A stretch of 64,000 nt of DNA from the human T2T-CHM13v2.0 reference genome, Homo sapiens. Position 1 is the first letter of the stretch, and every line of letters starts with the position of its first letter. Positions 28,291-42,224 of this stretch are shown here, piece by piece. The position numbers and the translations under genes are program-made. Under the pieces are notes generated by a model that searched no databases, was not told the DNA's origin, and saw only the letters and a program-made list of their open reading frames with translations. The stretch is from assembly GCF_009914755.1 (NCBI RefSeq), contig NC_060947.1; one strand, given 5' to 3'.

Positions 28291-31200
28291 TCTAAAATAA
28301 TGTTTTGGAGTTATTTAATTCCACAGGAGCTGTCTAGAAAATAATTATCTGTAAAAATAGCTAATAAATGACTAAGTTAGATATTTATTTTTGACTTTGA
28401 AGTTCAAGTTTTATAGTGTTCATCTTAAAATTTTTTTCCTAAAAATGGATAAGAAATACAAAACCTACAGGATTTTAACCCTCACATAGTTAATATCTTC
28501 CAAAAATAATACCCTAGTTCAATCTTTGAAAAAGATGTAGAATTTTAAATTATAGAATTTAATATATTTTGCAGGACTGAAAGATAAAATGATTCAGTTC
28601 ATTGAAAAGCCTATATCGTTCAGCTATCTGACATTGAGGGTAGAATATTGTACGTATGATGAAGTTAAGAAAGCTAAGAACAGTATGCCACAACTATAAT
28701 AAAATGATATGCTATGTTAAGCTCTTTGCAATGAATTATGCTAAAATAAAATAGCATTTATGCTTTTTAGGTCAGTGCTGGATATTTATGAGCTAGATGG
28801 TTTAGTAGATAGCAGGTCAATTTTGCTATCAAATCAACACAACTTCACTACCAACAAACAAACTTTGACCGTGGTGAATAACTAGAATGAAATCTTCCCT
28901 AGAGTATATTAGTTCCAGTATTTCTGCTGGGAAGCTATGGGCAGATTGCTATCGTTTTTCATTATTGGGAGACATTGAATGCTATTTCCCGTAATGCTAA
29001 AGTTTTGGCACTATTTCACAAAATTTAAAAAGACACACAAAATTAGTCATAGCTTCTTGATATTAGAAAAATCAGAGTCATGGAAACATTTGTCTCTCTA
29101 TCTATCTATAGATCTATTATTGCTCGAATTTATTGAGCTCATGTCATGTGCCAAGAAGTATGTGAAGCTGGGATTTGAAGCCTCAATATAATTCTAGAGC
29201 CAGATCTCCTAAGCAAAAAAAATTAAATTGACAGAATCAAGATAAAGCAATAAACATTCCCAGATCTCTACATGATAATTCCAATTAGGATTAATCATTT
29301 TAGCAACACCTATGGCAATACTTAGTACCATATAAAAACAGATATTTTAAACTGAATAGATCACTCAAGTTATGCTGTAATGGGTTGTACAGAAAAAATT
29401 ATTAATTTGCTTGCCCCTTTCTTTCCTGTTGGTAAGAAAGACTATGTTAATAAGGATTTACTTCAAGTTTTTATAGAAGTGATCTTCCTTTAATATTGCT
29501 GCTAAGTCTCTAGCCATTTGAGTGTACAGTGTTGCAGTGTAATTAAAGCAGAATGCACTGAACTTCTATGGATGCCTTTGCCCTATCACAATGGAAGATT
29601 TTCTTTTAATCCAGCTTTCATTTTATGCCTAATATTGATGAGTCAGTGATTTAGTGAGGGCTTTATTTCATTTTATTTTTGCTACTTACAACAATGTTTA
29701 GGTTTCTAATGTCTGGTTTTCTCCGTAATTCCACATCAAGTTCTACAAATCGTATGATTTTCTAACACCAAGGGATTAGCACTTTTCATGATCTGATGGA
29801 CAATTTTGCGTATAGTGCCATATGAATTGTTATATTATCACATAAAATGTCCAGTGTGTCTAAGCATATTTATTCCATTCATTCACTTTTCACTAGCTAT
29901 AGAGGCTCATAGAAATTATTTTTACTTGAGGTGTATATCTTGGACTCATTAGATTAAATTTTTTCTTACATGAAATTCAGTGTGGAATGAAGGTAGACAT
30001 ATTTCTCTTACTTTACTGTCCTTTATTTTTTCTTGATGAACTTTAAACAATGTTCATTAATGGACTTACAAGTTCTCATTTTGAACAAGCTTCCTTTTTC
30101 CTTAGTTGACAAAATTATCCAGGTTTCTTTTAGCATGTTCACAATTTCAGATTTTATACAATTACAAACTGAACTTTCCTTATAAACTGATTGTTATAGC
30201 TAATTTTTCCTAATAAAATTCAAATTAAGACAGCACCTGTGAATTCTATTTAGAGTTCTATTGATACTCAATGTAGCCAATCACTGCCAACATGAATCAA
30301 CCTACGTATGTAAATTTAGTGACCAATATAAAATAGTCTCATCGTTCTTTACTACACTTTGGAGAAACTTAGTCATTAATGTTAATCACTATAATGGTTC
30401 ATATTTATTCCTGCTAGTTCTAAAGTTCTGCTTCCTAATTGCATTATTACAAAGATAAAAAATTCAAAGCAACATGTATAGAATAGAATGTGTGTGGGAC
30501 TGTGTCCAGTTATTAGACATTATAAATTACTATTTGCTTTTTAAGCAATTAAATATTTTAATAAAAACAAGTTGTGTTTATACCTGCTGTAAAGTTTCTT
30601 GCTTTATATTTTACTAGACTAAAAAACAAAACAATATATTTTAATCCACTGTTAGCAGGATTTAAGATAGTTCTGAGAAAGAGGGAAATTGTTATTACTG
30701 ACCCTCTTCCATATTGGTACCCCTAATGACTGTCAGAAAACGCAGGATGAGAACCATTTTTGCTGCGAGGCAAGCCCACTTTTCTTTTTAGAAGCTTTTA
30801 AGAAAGCTAAAATTGTGTACAAAAATATTTCTACTGCCTACAAATCACAGTTTATTTTTATGTTTGAACAGAATATTTTCTAATGTAATATATAGATTTT
30901 ATTTGTGGGAAAATCTGGCACCAACTCTCAATGGCTTTGTTGCAGAAGCATCTAAAAATGAGCTGGAACTCTAGGGTCTGGTACATAAAACATTATATTA
31001 TCACATATGGGACTGCATTTTAAATTTAATCTGAAGGACTTGATAAGATACGCCAAATTGCTTAGAAACAATTTGTGTAGCTAGTGAACTGTGGCATCTG
31101 GAAGCCCATAGACATTAAAAGCACTTTTTTCCACTTTTTCCCTCTGTTTTCGCCTCCTAATCACTGCAGATGGAATACATGCAATCTATACTGATATTGC

Positions 31201-31357
31201 AATGAAGACACAAGCACAGATGCTTTTTATTGTGATGAAAGATGACTTTTATTCAGTGCCCAGTTTATTATTGTTATTATTGTTGTTATGATATTAGCAG
31301 GCAATATGATGCAGACGTGCTGGCAAAATCTATGATACTAGTCCCACATCATTATAG

Positions 31358-31690
<333 letters not shown>

Positions 31691-31853
31691 TGTAGAAAAT
31701 TTTTATAAAAGTAGTAAGTCAATCTGTGTGTGTAATAACATATGTGCTTTAGGTTTGAATTTTGTCAGGGAACTAAAACTGAAAACAAGGAAACATATTG
31801 ACAAATTATTTATTATTCTGTGCATATATAAGGAATAGCCATTAATTAAAGAT

Positions 31854-32331
31854 TGCTGAGACCAGCTCGGTCATGGAGACCCTAACCCAGTGGCCCTAGA
31901 GGAGTTAAAGACGCACACACAGAAATATAGAGTGTGGAGTGGGAAATCAGGGGGCTGACAGCCAGGAACAGAGATTTACCCACATATTTATTGACAGCGA
32001 GCCAGTGATAAGCATTGTTTCTATAGATTATAGATTAATGGTAAACAAAGGGATGGGCCGAAACAAAGGAATGGGTTCTGGCTAGTTATCTGCTGCAGGA
32101 ACATGTCCTTAAGGCACAGATCGCTCATGCTATTGTTTGTGGTTTAGGAACACCTTTAAGTGGTTTTCCGCCCCGGGTGGGCCAGGTGTTTCTTGCCCTC
32201 ATTCCGGTAAACCCACAACCTTCAGCATGGGCATCATGGCCATCACGAATATGTCACAGTGCTGCAGAGATTTTGTTTATGGCCAGTTTTGGGGCCAGTT
32301 TATGGCCAGATTTGGGGGCTTGTTCCCAACA
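31854..32331 (-). mobile_element. MER9 solo LTR (HERV-K HML-3)
   Basis: Minus start TGTTGGGAACAAGCCCCCAAATCTGGCCATAAAC; perfect 6-bp TSD AAAGAT (31848-31853, 32332-32337). Confidence 0.9.
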
Positions 32332-33004
32332 AAAGATCATCATGGCTAAAGATAAAGCCATCACAGCTTTATCACGCCTACGTAATTTTTGCTTTGCTTC
32401 TCATCAATGAGCCCAGGAAAAAATTATTTAATGTTGGTGCATACAAATATTCCAGCATTTCACAGAAGATTCAGAATTATCTTTTAATTTAGGGGTATTA
32501 AAGGTTAACAGAAAGTCCAGCTGACATTTTGAAAAATAAAGTGAGAAGTTAAGCATTGTTCCTCTTAAGGTTTTAAATAAAATTCAAAAAGTAAAAAAAA
32601 AAAAAAAGGAAAGGAAAAGCAAGCAGATATAGTACAAAGAAAGTGAAAATAAAATAAGATAAACAAAAGGAAAATCAAATAAATACAATTCAGGTCTCTT
32701 CCTTCAAAGAGACCACTTATTTCATTCTAGATTAAATGGGCTTTCATATTTTTGAACTGATGACTAGATGAAGTAAGTTCTACTAAATGGTCTCACTAGT
32801 TCCAATTTTGGAGATTATCTCTTCAAGGATTTAGTTTACTTATTAAATGCTACTGAAAGATGGAAAAAGAACAAAGTAGCTACAACTGAAAATCTGGAAT
32901 AGAATTATATAGCAAGAAGGAATTATAATCTATAAATATAGGTTCTCCTAAAATGATCTCACATCTACAAACATAAAAGTATTTTAAATGATAAAAAGAA
33001 GTCT

Positions 33005-33170
33005 TTCTCCAGTTTGTAAGATGGGAATAATAATCATACTTATCTCACTGGGTTATTGTAAGTTTTAAGTAAGTGAATATTAAATAAGTTCATGTATCTA
33101 AAAATGATTTAAACAGTGCCTGGAACATATTGGTGCCATGCAAAGTTTATATATTATCGTTATTATTAAT
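33005..33170 (+). mobile_element. MIR
   Basis: TGTAAGATGGGAATAATAAT...ACAGTGCCTGGAACAT. Confidence 0.75.
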
Positions 33171-33289
33171 GATAGTATGATTCAATACACTGTATTTACG
33201 TGACTTTAAGACAATGGGTGCCAAACTAGTGGTTTGTTGTTGGAATTGACTGTCAGTAAAAAACAGAATGTGAAAATAGTGCTTCTTTT

Positions 33290-33600
33290 CTCTTATTTAT
33301 TTTATATTTTATTTTATTGTATTTTACTTTAAGTTTCAGGATACATGTGCAGAATGTGCAGGTTTGTTACATAGGTGTCCATGAGCCATGATTGTTTGTT
33401 GAACCTATCAACCTGTCATACAGGTTTTAAGCCCACATATATTAGGTATTTGTCCTAATGCTCTCCCTCCCCTTGTCCACCACCCCCTGACAGGCCCTGG
33501 TGTGTGTTGTTCCTGCCTCTGTGTCCAAGTGTTCTCATTGCTCAACTCCCACTTGTGAGTGAGAACATGCAGTATTTGGTTTTCTGTTCCTGTGTTAGCT
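33290..33600 (-). mobile_element. L1PA 3'UTR fragment
   Basis: TTTAAGTTTCAGGATACATGTGCAG...CCCACTTGTGAGTGAGAACATGC. Confidence 0.88.
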
Positions 33601-33888
33601 TCTTTTTCACCTCTCCCAGAATACTTCTCATTCAGTATCCACCGTTGGCATTCTGTCTTCCCACTACAGCATTTAATGTGCTCATTCAATCAACCAGCAA
33701 CCCTGATACTAGTGTTGCACTGTCCTGTACGATCCAGCATTATTTGGACATTACCTGGAACCTAGAATTTTCTTCCTTTTCTTTTGTTTTAAGCTTTCCT
33801 AAATCAACATTTTCTTATGCAGTATATTATTTCTTTAGGCTTCGCACGCTAATAAATTGATAGCTAGCTAATTCTACTAAAATAGATC

Positions 33889-34274
33889 TGATATGGTTTA
33901 GCTCTGTGTCCCACCCAAATCTCATGTTGAATTGCAATCCCCAATGTTGTAGGAGGGACCTGGTGGGAAGTGATTGGCTCATGGGGGCATATTTCTCCCT
34001 TGCTGTTCTTGTGATAGTGAGTTTGTTCTTACGAGATCTGGTTGTCTGAAAGTGTGTAACACTTTCCCCTTCACTCTCTCTCCCTCCTTCTGGCCATGTG
34101 AAGACTGTGCTTACTTCCTCTTCCCCTTCTGCCATGACCGTAAGTTTCCTGAGGCTTCCCTAGAAGCATAAACCTGTATAGCCTGCAAAACTGTGAGCTG
34201 AATAAGCCTCTTTTCTTTATAAACTACCCAGTCTCAGGTAGTTCTTTATAGCTGTGTGAGAACAGACTAATACA
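33889..34274 (+). mobile_element. MSTA-like MaLR solo LTR
   Basis: TGATATGGTTTAGCTCTGTGTCCC...GACTAATACA; near 5-bp TSD AGATC/CGATC. Confidence 0.88.
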
Positions 34275-34520
34275 CGATCCATGCTACTGCATTTAATGTA
34301 TCACTATGGAAATGCATTTTCTTTTTAGATGCAGAGATTGAAGAAACCAAAATTAATGGCCATTTCTGGGAATTTTAGCCCTGTTCAAGAGGTCTGCTAT
34401 AGTTTTTCCTTTCTGTAGCTAGTAGGTTCTTATACTACCTTTTAGGAAGAAATGTTCTACTATTATGAAAGGACCTTAAGTCACTTGGAGACACTGAGGT
34501 CACTACAAATTTTGAGTTAG

Positions 34521-34742
<222 letters not shown>

Positions 34743-35752
34743 TAATCAAGGTAGGACGTCATTTCTTTGCACATGCCTTGGTATTTTCATTGGTTAAATT
34801 TTATTGTCAGTATGGAAAAATAAAAATCAGAGGAAATGTATACAGTATTTCTGTGATTTGTTTTAAGAATTTAATTATAGATTTTAATCTTGATGTGGTT
34901 TTTTTCAAAAACATGTACCAGGTTTTATATCATCCCAGTAAATAATTTTGTCTGAAGGTCAAATGTTTTTAAGAGTGTTTCATGGAAATGAATATATTTT
35001 CTTAATTTTATAATTGACCAAATTTTTATAATGTAAAAGAGAAATTAATGAATGCTGTATTGAAAGGTAATCACTCTGCAGTTGATCCCGCTATAATTTC
35101 TATTTATTTAAGAATTATGAATCATCAGCTAAAATACTGAAAATATTTGCTTTAATAATAGACTATGAGTATTTTGTATTTTAGTAAATTTTGTATTGGA
35201 ACTATCAAATAGAGTCACAACTTCACCCGTTTCAATTTTTATGGTTGTTCTTTATTGACTGCATAACAATTCTATTTGCAGAAATTCCTTCAAGATTTAT
35301 CACTGAGTTTTTATTCATATGATTAAAAATATATTAAAATATAAGCTATTACTATTATATGCGTTATGAAGGATTACAAAGAATTTCAGATCAGGTATTT
35401 AAAATCACATTGGAATCATATATCTACTGTCTTCTCAATAGACGCAATATACAGCACACCGAGGTTGAATATTTATTCAAGTTGTTTTTTCTATTGGAAA
35501 TGAGGCTCAATTATTCCAACTTGTTAAAGCAAGGGCTAAAACGTAGCTTCTGAAGCATCATAAAATTAAATAACTGTATTTTCATGATTTAAATGACAAC
35601 TCCATTTATTTCAGCTTTCACTTATAAATGAGTACTTACGCACTGATGAATATGAACAAATGTACTTAAAATGGAAAGGTTAAATGTGATTTTAATACAT
35701 TTTAGTAAACTAAGGGCTGAGTACTATTGGGTTAGAACAAGAGGGAAAACAA

Positions 35753-35791
35753 ATTTACATGTGAACATTGTGAGGATGTTCACATGTAAAT
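35753..35791. repeat. Perfect 16-bp inverted repeat with 7-nt spacer
   Basis: ATTTACATGTGAACAT-TGTGAGG-ATGTTCACATGTAAAT. Confidence 0.95.
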
Positions 35792-37039
35792 AAATAGCAA
35801 ACCACTGTTATGACTAGGTCAGATACTTCAACTCATTTAAAAAATGCAACTATGTTTTTACTGTGTAGACTCAGTAATAGTAGGAACAATATTGCCTAAA
35901 AGCATAATTTATTACACAGACAACTATTTACTTTTGTTCTTTTAAGTAACTAATGCAGATCATAATTTTCATATGAATAATTTCATAGAAATATCTGTCA
36001 GCTTACTTAACAAATATTTCCCAGGAAAGCTTATCATTTGTTCATATTTTCCTAAATCATATATACTATATTTTTAAAGAAAGTAAGTCATAGAAAGGAA
36101 TCTGAAACATATTAGTTTAAAACACTTCTTTTATATAAGGTTAATAGTGGGAATGATAGAGGTAACATTTAAAATTGTTAATTATAGCTGCAATTTCGAT
36201 CAAATAATTTTTTATCAGCTACAGTTTTATGATAATGCAACTGTTCTTATTTATTTGACATCTAATAAAACAATTATGAATCAAATTAGTGAGTACTAAT
36301 TATACCTTCATTTCTTATTCACCTTCCATTTGTATGTATGTATATTAGGGATGATCAGACATAAAATTTGCTAATTTTTACAACCTTTTACATCAAATGG
36401 TTATTTTTCCATCATGATTAGAGAGAAGTTAGAATCAGTGTATCACTTTCACGGATTCACTCGGCAGTTAAAACACATCGTTAAAGCCATTCAATGAAAT
36501 AACCAGAAAGGAGCAATTGACTTTTAACATTTGGCTCCACAGAATGTGTTTTAACCAGGTTCCACTTCCTAAATAACACATCATGCCATCATTTCAGAAT
36601 CATAAACAGCAGTCATAGCAAAGATATGTCTAGTGATATTATAGAAACATATCAGCGTGTTGACTTGTGGAAAAATCAAATTCACTGTTTGTAGAAGTGG
36701 AAAATCAAGTGTTTGAAGAAATTATCCTCTTATGTTGTCATGTTTGTCTAAAATGTGTTTAATATTTTGCAATGAATAAACAGTGGCATAACTAAGTGGG
36801 CAAATATTTTCAAACTAGATAAATAAACCTGATTGAAGTTATTGGGCCCTTTTCATCAATCACGTTATTTCAGGAGGCAAAGTTATTGTATAGTATTTGT
36901 ACTTGTATATTAGTAACAATGCACCACCATGTATTTCTTTTAAGTAACAAGATTTATAATTACAAGATTTATAAAATAGTTTACATTGAGGATGTAGTTA
37001 GTGGATGAAAGATGAACTGAGAAACATTTATTTTCTTTT

Positions 37040-37346
37040 GTCTTTTTTTTTTTTTTGAGACAGTGTCTCTCTCTGTAACTCACGTTGGAGTGCAGTGGCA
37101 CATACATGACTCACTGCAGCACTGACCTTCTGGGCTCAAGGGATTCTCCTGCCTCAGACTCCCGAGTAGCTGGGACCACAGGTGTCTGCAACCATGCCCA
37201 GCTATTTTTTGTTGTTGTTGGTTTTTTGTAGAGATGCAGTCTTACTATGTTTCCCAGGCTGTTCTGGAACTCCTGGGCTCAAATGATCCTCCCACCTGGG
37301 CCTCCCAAAGTGTTGAGATTACAGGTGTGAGCCACTTCGCCCAGCC
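37040..37346 (-). mobile_element. AluJ
   Basis: J-type diagnostics (CTGGGCTCAAG, GATCCTCCCACC). Confidence 0.9.
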
Positions 37347-37989
37347 CAGAAATTTTTCATTTGTTAAAGCATACTGATACATTATTTTCTTTCCAAAGAT
37401 TTTTTTCTTATAAAATACTATAAAGTCTATGTGTGTTTGAGGAGAAGAGGCATATATCCTGTATCCTGTATATACATTTGGTAACTGTAAATAATTAAAC
37501 ACAGTTTCAGAAAAATATTCCCATTTGTTAAAAGCATAGAAGTTTTACCCTCCTACCATACAGAAGGGCCTCACAGATGGATAAACCATGTTTGTAACTT
37601 TTTAGGTTCAGTAAATTACAACACACATCTTCTGTAACCCAATTCCAACTTTTTAACGTCTGTGCATGGAATTAATATAGGTTAAAAATGGGTATGAGGT
37701 CTTAAGCTAGCAAAATGAACTATCTAATTACTCTGTTGCTTAATAATATATTAAAGATTATTAGTTTTTAGTTCTGTTGTGTGTTTCCTACTTTTGAACA
37801 AGTTCCATAAGCTATAACTAAAACTATATGCTTACTTTTCATCTTTGGAAATGAAACAGAGTGTTTATATACTTGAATGCCCAGAGATGGAAAAGTCATA
37901 TCTTGGACAAGAGCATCAGACACATGATTTATAGCCACTGAAATACTTTCAAATCATGACTTAGTCTACCATAGGGCATTATGAAAATG

Positions 37990-38043
37990 TAAAGACTCTG
38001 TCTCAAAAACAAAAAAAAAAGAGAAAGAAAAAAGAAAAAAAAG
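37990..38043 (+). mobile_element. Alu 3' terminus plus A-tail remnant
   Basis: AAGACTCTGTCTCAAAAAC + A-rich tail. Confidence 0.7.
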
Positions 38044-39480
38044 CATGAACACAAAAGCAAAAAATAATTAAAATAATTCATTGTCTTTATCCATTTTGGA
38101 GACTATTTGGAAAATCAGCTCTGAATAGAAAGAATGAAAAATGTGAAATGCATCACTTTGGTTGTTAGCAGTGGTCACATGCAATCCAATAAAATGTGGA
38201 CCATAATATACTGGGTACTATATGTAATAGTTACAACCTAATATGCATAAAATATATAGTTAATCTTGTCTTTCTGGATTATGGATGCAAAGTCATTTAA
38301 ATTTTAGAAATAATGAAGTGACTGATCAATGTGCAAAGACTTCTCAAAGTCTGCTGCAGAAAAAAAAATTATTTTGGAAAAAAATATTTTGAATGTCATA
38401 ACAATCAGCAGGTATCTTTTTAAAGAAAAGAACAGAACATTCATAAATTGGAAGTATCCTTAATGTTTTTGCATGTTGCTGGAACATTTTACCTGCACAC
38501 TTGTTCTTTAAATGTTCTCACTCTCATTTTATAAATACTTATGCAAGCTTTTCATGAAACGCATTTCTAAGTACTACCTGCTGGTTCAGATTATGTCTTG
38601 TTCTATTTTATTGAAAGAATTCAGAAGACTTTTAAAATTAGGTATATAGAGGGTGATTTTTAAAAATGCCTCTCTTAACAGTAGAATGAAACTGTCATTT
38701 ACTGAAGCCACAACCTCCTGAGAAGGAAAATAAGAAAAGTCAAAAAGAAAACATTCAAGGAAGATGTCTTTCTACCTTTTGCTATGTAATCTTTCTGTTG
38801 GTGCCCTACACCACTGCACACCTCCCTGCCAGCACATACACAGAATCGCACACAGTTACTATTGGGAACAATAGACAAAGAAAAAAATGTTTTTATTTTT
38901 TATTGGTATTCAAAGAACTGAGATGTAGAGGAAAAAGAACTGCAGTGAAAGTCCAGCAATGAATTATTCAATTCCTTCAATTTGTTGACCTTAACGAAAT
39001 GCAAAGTGATTTGAACTAAAAGTAATTAACAAGAGAGAGTGTGCCTAGTAAAACCAAGAAAGAATCATATTTGTTTCAGGAATCAATAACAGCCAGTGAC
39101 TGAAGGTCATAAAGGAACCATTCAGGAAAACAAAGAGCCTTTTGCCAAGGCAGTTGTCATGCTGTATATGTGTGCACATATGCAGGGATTTTAGCTGTGA
39201 CCGTGTACTAGGAAGATTTAATTACATGAAAATGTCTTCTACAGAAAATAAAGTGAGGAGAAAAATGAACTAAGAGGCACATCTCAGTGACACTAAAATG
39301 TCATTTTTGATGTCAAGTTTAACAGAAAATTGTTTCTGAGGAGTGGCATCCAATACAGTTTTTCATTTAAATAAAATATTCCAGTGTGACTAAAAGTAAA
39401 ATTAAAAGCAACACTGAATAAAATTTAATGAAGAACTTTGGAATGGTAATAGAGTTCTATAACATAGAACTAAAGCTGTG

Positions 39481-39775
39481 GGCCAGACACGGTGGCTGAG
39501 GCCTGTAATCCCAGCACTTTGGGAGGCCAAGGCGGGCAGATCATGAGGTCAGGAGATCGAGACCATCCTGGCTAACACAGTGAAACCCCGCCTCTACAAA
39601 AAATACAAAAAATTAGCCGGGCGTGGTAGCGGGCGCCTGTAGTCCCAGCTACTCGGGAGGCTGAGGCAGGAGAATGGAGTGAACCAGGAGGCGGAGCTGG
39701 CAGTAAGCCGAGATCGCGCCACTGCACTCCAGCCTGGGCGACAGAGCGAGACTCCGTCTCAAAAAAAAAAAAAAA
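39481..39775 (+). mobile_element. AluY
   Basis: GAGATCGAGACCATCCTGGCTAACAC; 15-bp TSD AGAACTAAAGCTGTG. Confidence 0.95.
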
Positions 39776-39869
39776 AGAACTAAAGCTGTGAACATGTTCC
39801 AAAGACTATTTTGGCACGCAGAAGCACATCTTTGTCTCTTCTGTTACGAAATCTCAATGAAAAACTCTT

Positions 39870-40245
39870 GAGCTTTTCCCAAATTGAATTGAAGGACATT
39901 CTATAAAATACCTAACTAGTACTTCTCAAAACTACCAAGGTCATCAAAAACAAGGAAAACCTGACGACTGTCATAGTCAAGATGCGCTGAAGGAGATATG
40001 ATGACTAAATGATGTAATGTGGAACCCTAGATGGGATCCTGGGTCAGAGAAAAGACATTAAGAAATAGAAATAAAGTAAAAATTAGTTAATAATAGTGTA
40101 TAGATATATTGGTTCATTAGTTGTGGCACAATGTATTATAATAATGTAAGATGTTAACAACAGGGAAAATGGGTGTAGAGAAAGACTACCTGTACTAAAT
40201 TTGCAACATTTTTTGAAATCTAAAATGATTCTAAAATTTATTAAA
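39870..40245 (+). mobile_element. L1MC-type 3' end
   Basis: GGACATTCTATAAAATAC...CAAAACTACCAAGGTCATCAAAAACAAGG...GGATCCTGG. Confidence 0.65.
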
Positions 40246-40257
40246 GATTCTCAAGTT

Positions 40258-40581
<324 letters not shown>

Positions 40582-41869
40582 AATTCTGAAGTTTATTAAA
40601 AACATTAGAGCATTTTATCCTGGCATAAATTCTAGCAATATTATTGGCTTTTATTCCAATCTATCTTAATCTCCTTGAAATATGCTCATTAATTAAGAAG
40701 ACAGCTACACAAAACATTACAATAATCAACAGGAATGGACATTTCCATTTTGTTTATACATTTTAGGAGCTGTGGTCTTGGGGAAAAACAAGAGGACCCA
40801 AAATGACTACAAAGATAAATTTTCATAAATGATTGTCCTGGAGCTGCTATATGCTAGATCGCATCAAGAAGAGCTTAGGGTTTCACTTGTAAAATAAAAG
40901 CATCTTCTCAGAGAACTGCTGTTTGGAGATTCATAAAAATAAATAGTAATTATTGGATTCAAGGCCCTAGAGAAACATATGTGTGTACTCTTTGGTGAGC
41001 AAATTGCTATTATTATCTTGAATTTAATACAATGAAGCATCACACATTGTAAAACTAAGGGAGTCACAGAAATTTCAAAGTTATCTATTTCTACCTCAGC
41101 TATTTTAAACTCTCTTCTAGAAGCCAAAATAGTAAATACTTAAAAAGAAGTAATTTATAGTATTTGTTAACTAATTGGAATAACTAGATAAATGTAGTTT
41201 CATGAATGGTTAAGAAAACTTTTACTGAAACCAAAAGTATTGAGAAAATCATCGTGAATAGTAACTTAAATTTTGCAAAGGGTAAATGCAAACAGAATAT
41301 GACTCATGAATAATATGGTAAGCACTGAACTGTAAGTAATCATAGAACTGAGAAAGCATTAAAATGATATAAATCTGCCCAAAAGTTAAGTATATGTGTT
41401 ATTTATATTGGTCATGTCTAAAAGTGAACAAAAACTAAATAAACTGAATAATATAGTTGATTTTTCTATATTGATCTTATATCCTGCAACCTTGCTGGAC
41501 TCTCGTTATTTCTAATAATTTTCGTAGATTCCTTAGAATATTCTATATACAGGATCATGTCATCTGCAAATAGAGATAGTTTTACTTCTTCCTTTCCAAT
41601 CTGTATGAATTTTGTTTCTTATTGTTATTATCATTTTTGTTTTGCATAATTATCTTCGCTAGGTCCTCCAGTGCAACACGTTAGAAATGAGCAAGAGTGG
41701 ATATTACTGTTATTTTCCTGGTCTTAGTGAGAAAGCACCCAATCTTTCATCATTAATTATGATGTTAGCTGTGGGTTTTTAATAAATGCCCTTCATTAGG
41801 TTCAGAAAGTTTTCTTCTATTCCTGGTGTGTTGAATATTATCCCCATAAAAGCATGCTGGATTTTGACA

Positions 41870-41870
41870 G

Positions 41871-41906
<36 letters not shown>
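41870..41906. repeat. (TG)n microsatellite
   Basis: Direct reading. Confidence 0.95.
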
Positions 41907-41927
41907 CTATTAAAAAGATCATGTGGG

Positions 41928-42224
41928 TTGGGCACCGTGGCTCATGCCTGTAAGCCCAGCACTTTGGGAGGCCTAGGCGGGCGGATCCCCTGAGGTCTGG
42001 AGTTCGAGACCAGTCTGGCTAACATGGTGAAACCTCATCTCTACTAAAAAAACACAAAAAATTAGCTGGGCATGGTGGCATACACATGTAGTCTAAGCTA
42101 CTTGGGAGGCTGAGGCAGGAGAATCGCTTGAACCCGGGAGGCGAGGTTGCAGTGAGCCGAGATCGTGCCATTGCACTCCAGTCTGGGCAACAAGAGCGAA
42201 ACTCTGTCTCAAAAAAAAAAAAAA
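41928..42224 (+). mobile_element. AluS (Sp/Sq-like)
   Basis: TSD AAAAAGATCATGTG / AAAAAAATCATGTG. Confidence 0.92.

Noticed and set aside
28561-28700. TTTTGCAG acceptor followed by ~40 open codons
   Set aside because: Weak pyrimidine tract, no convincing donor and no recognisable protein
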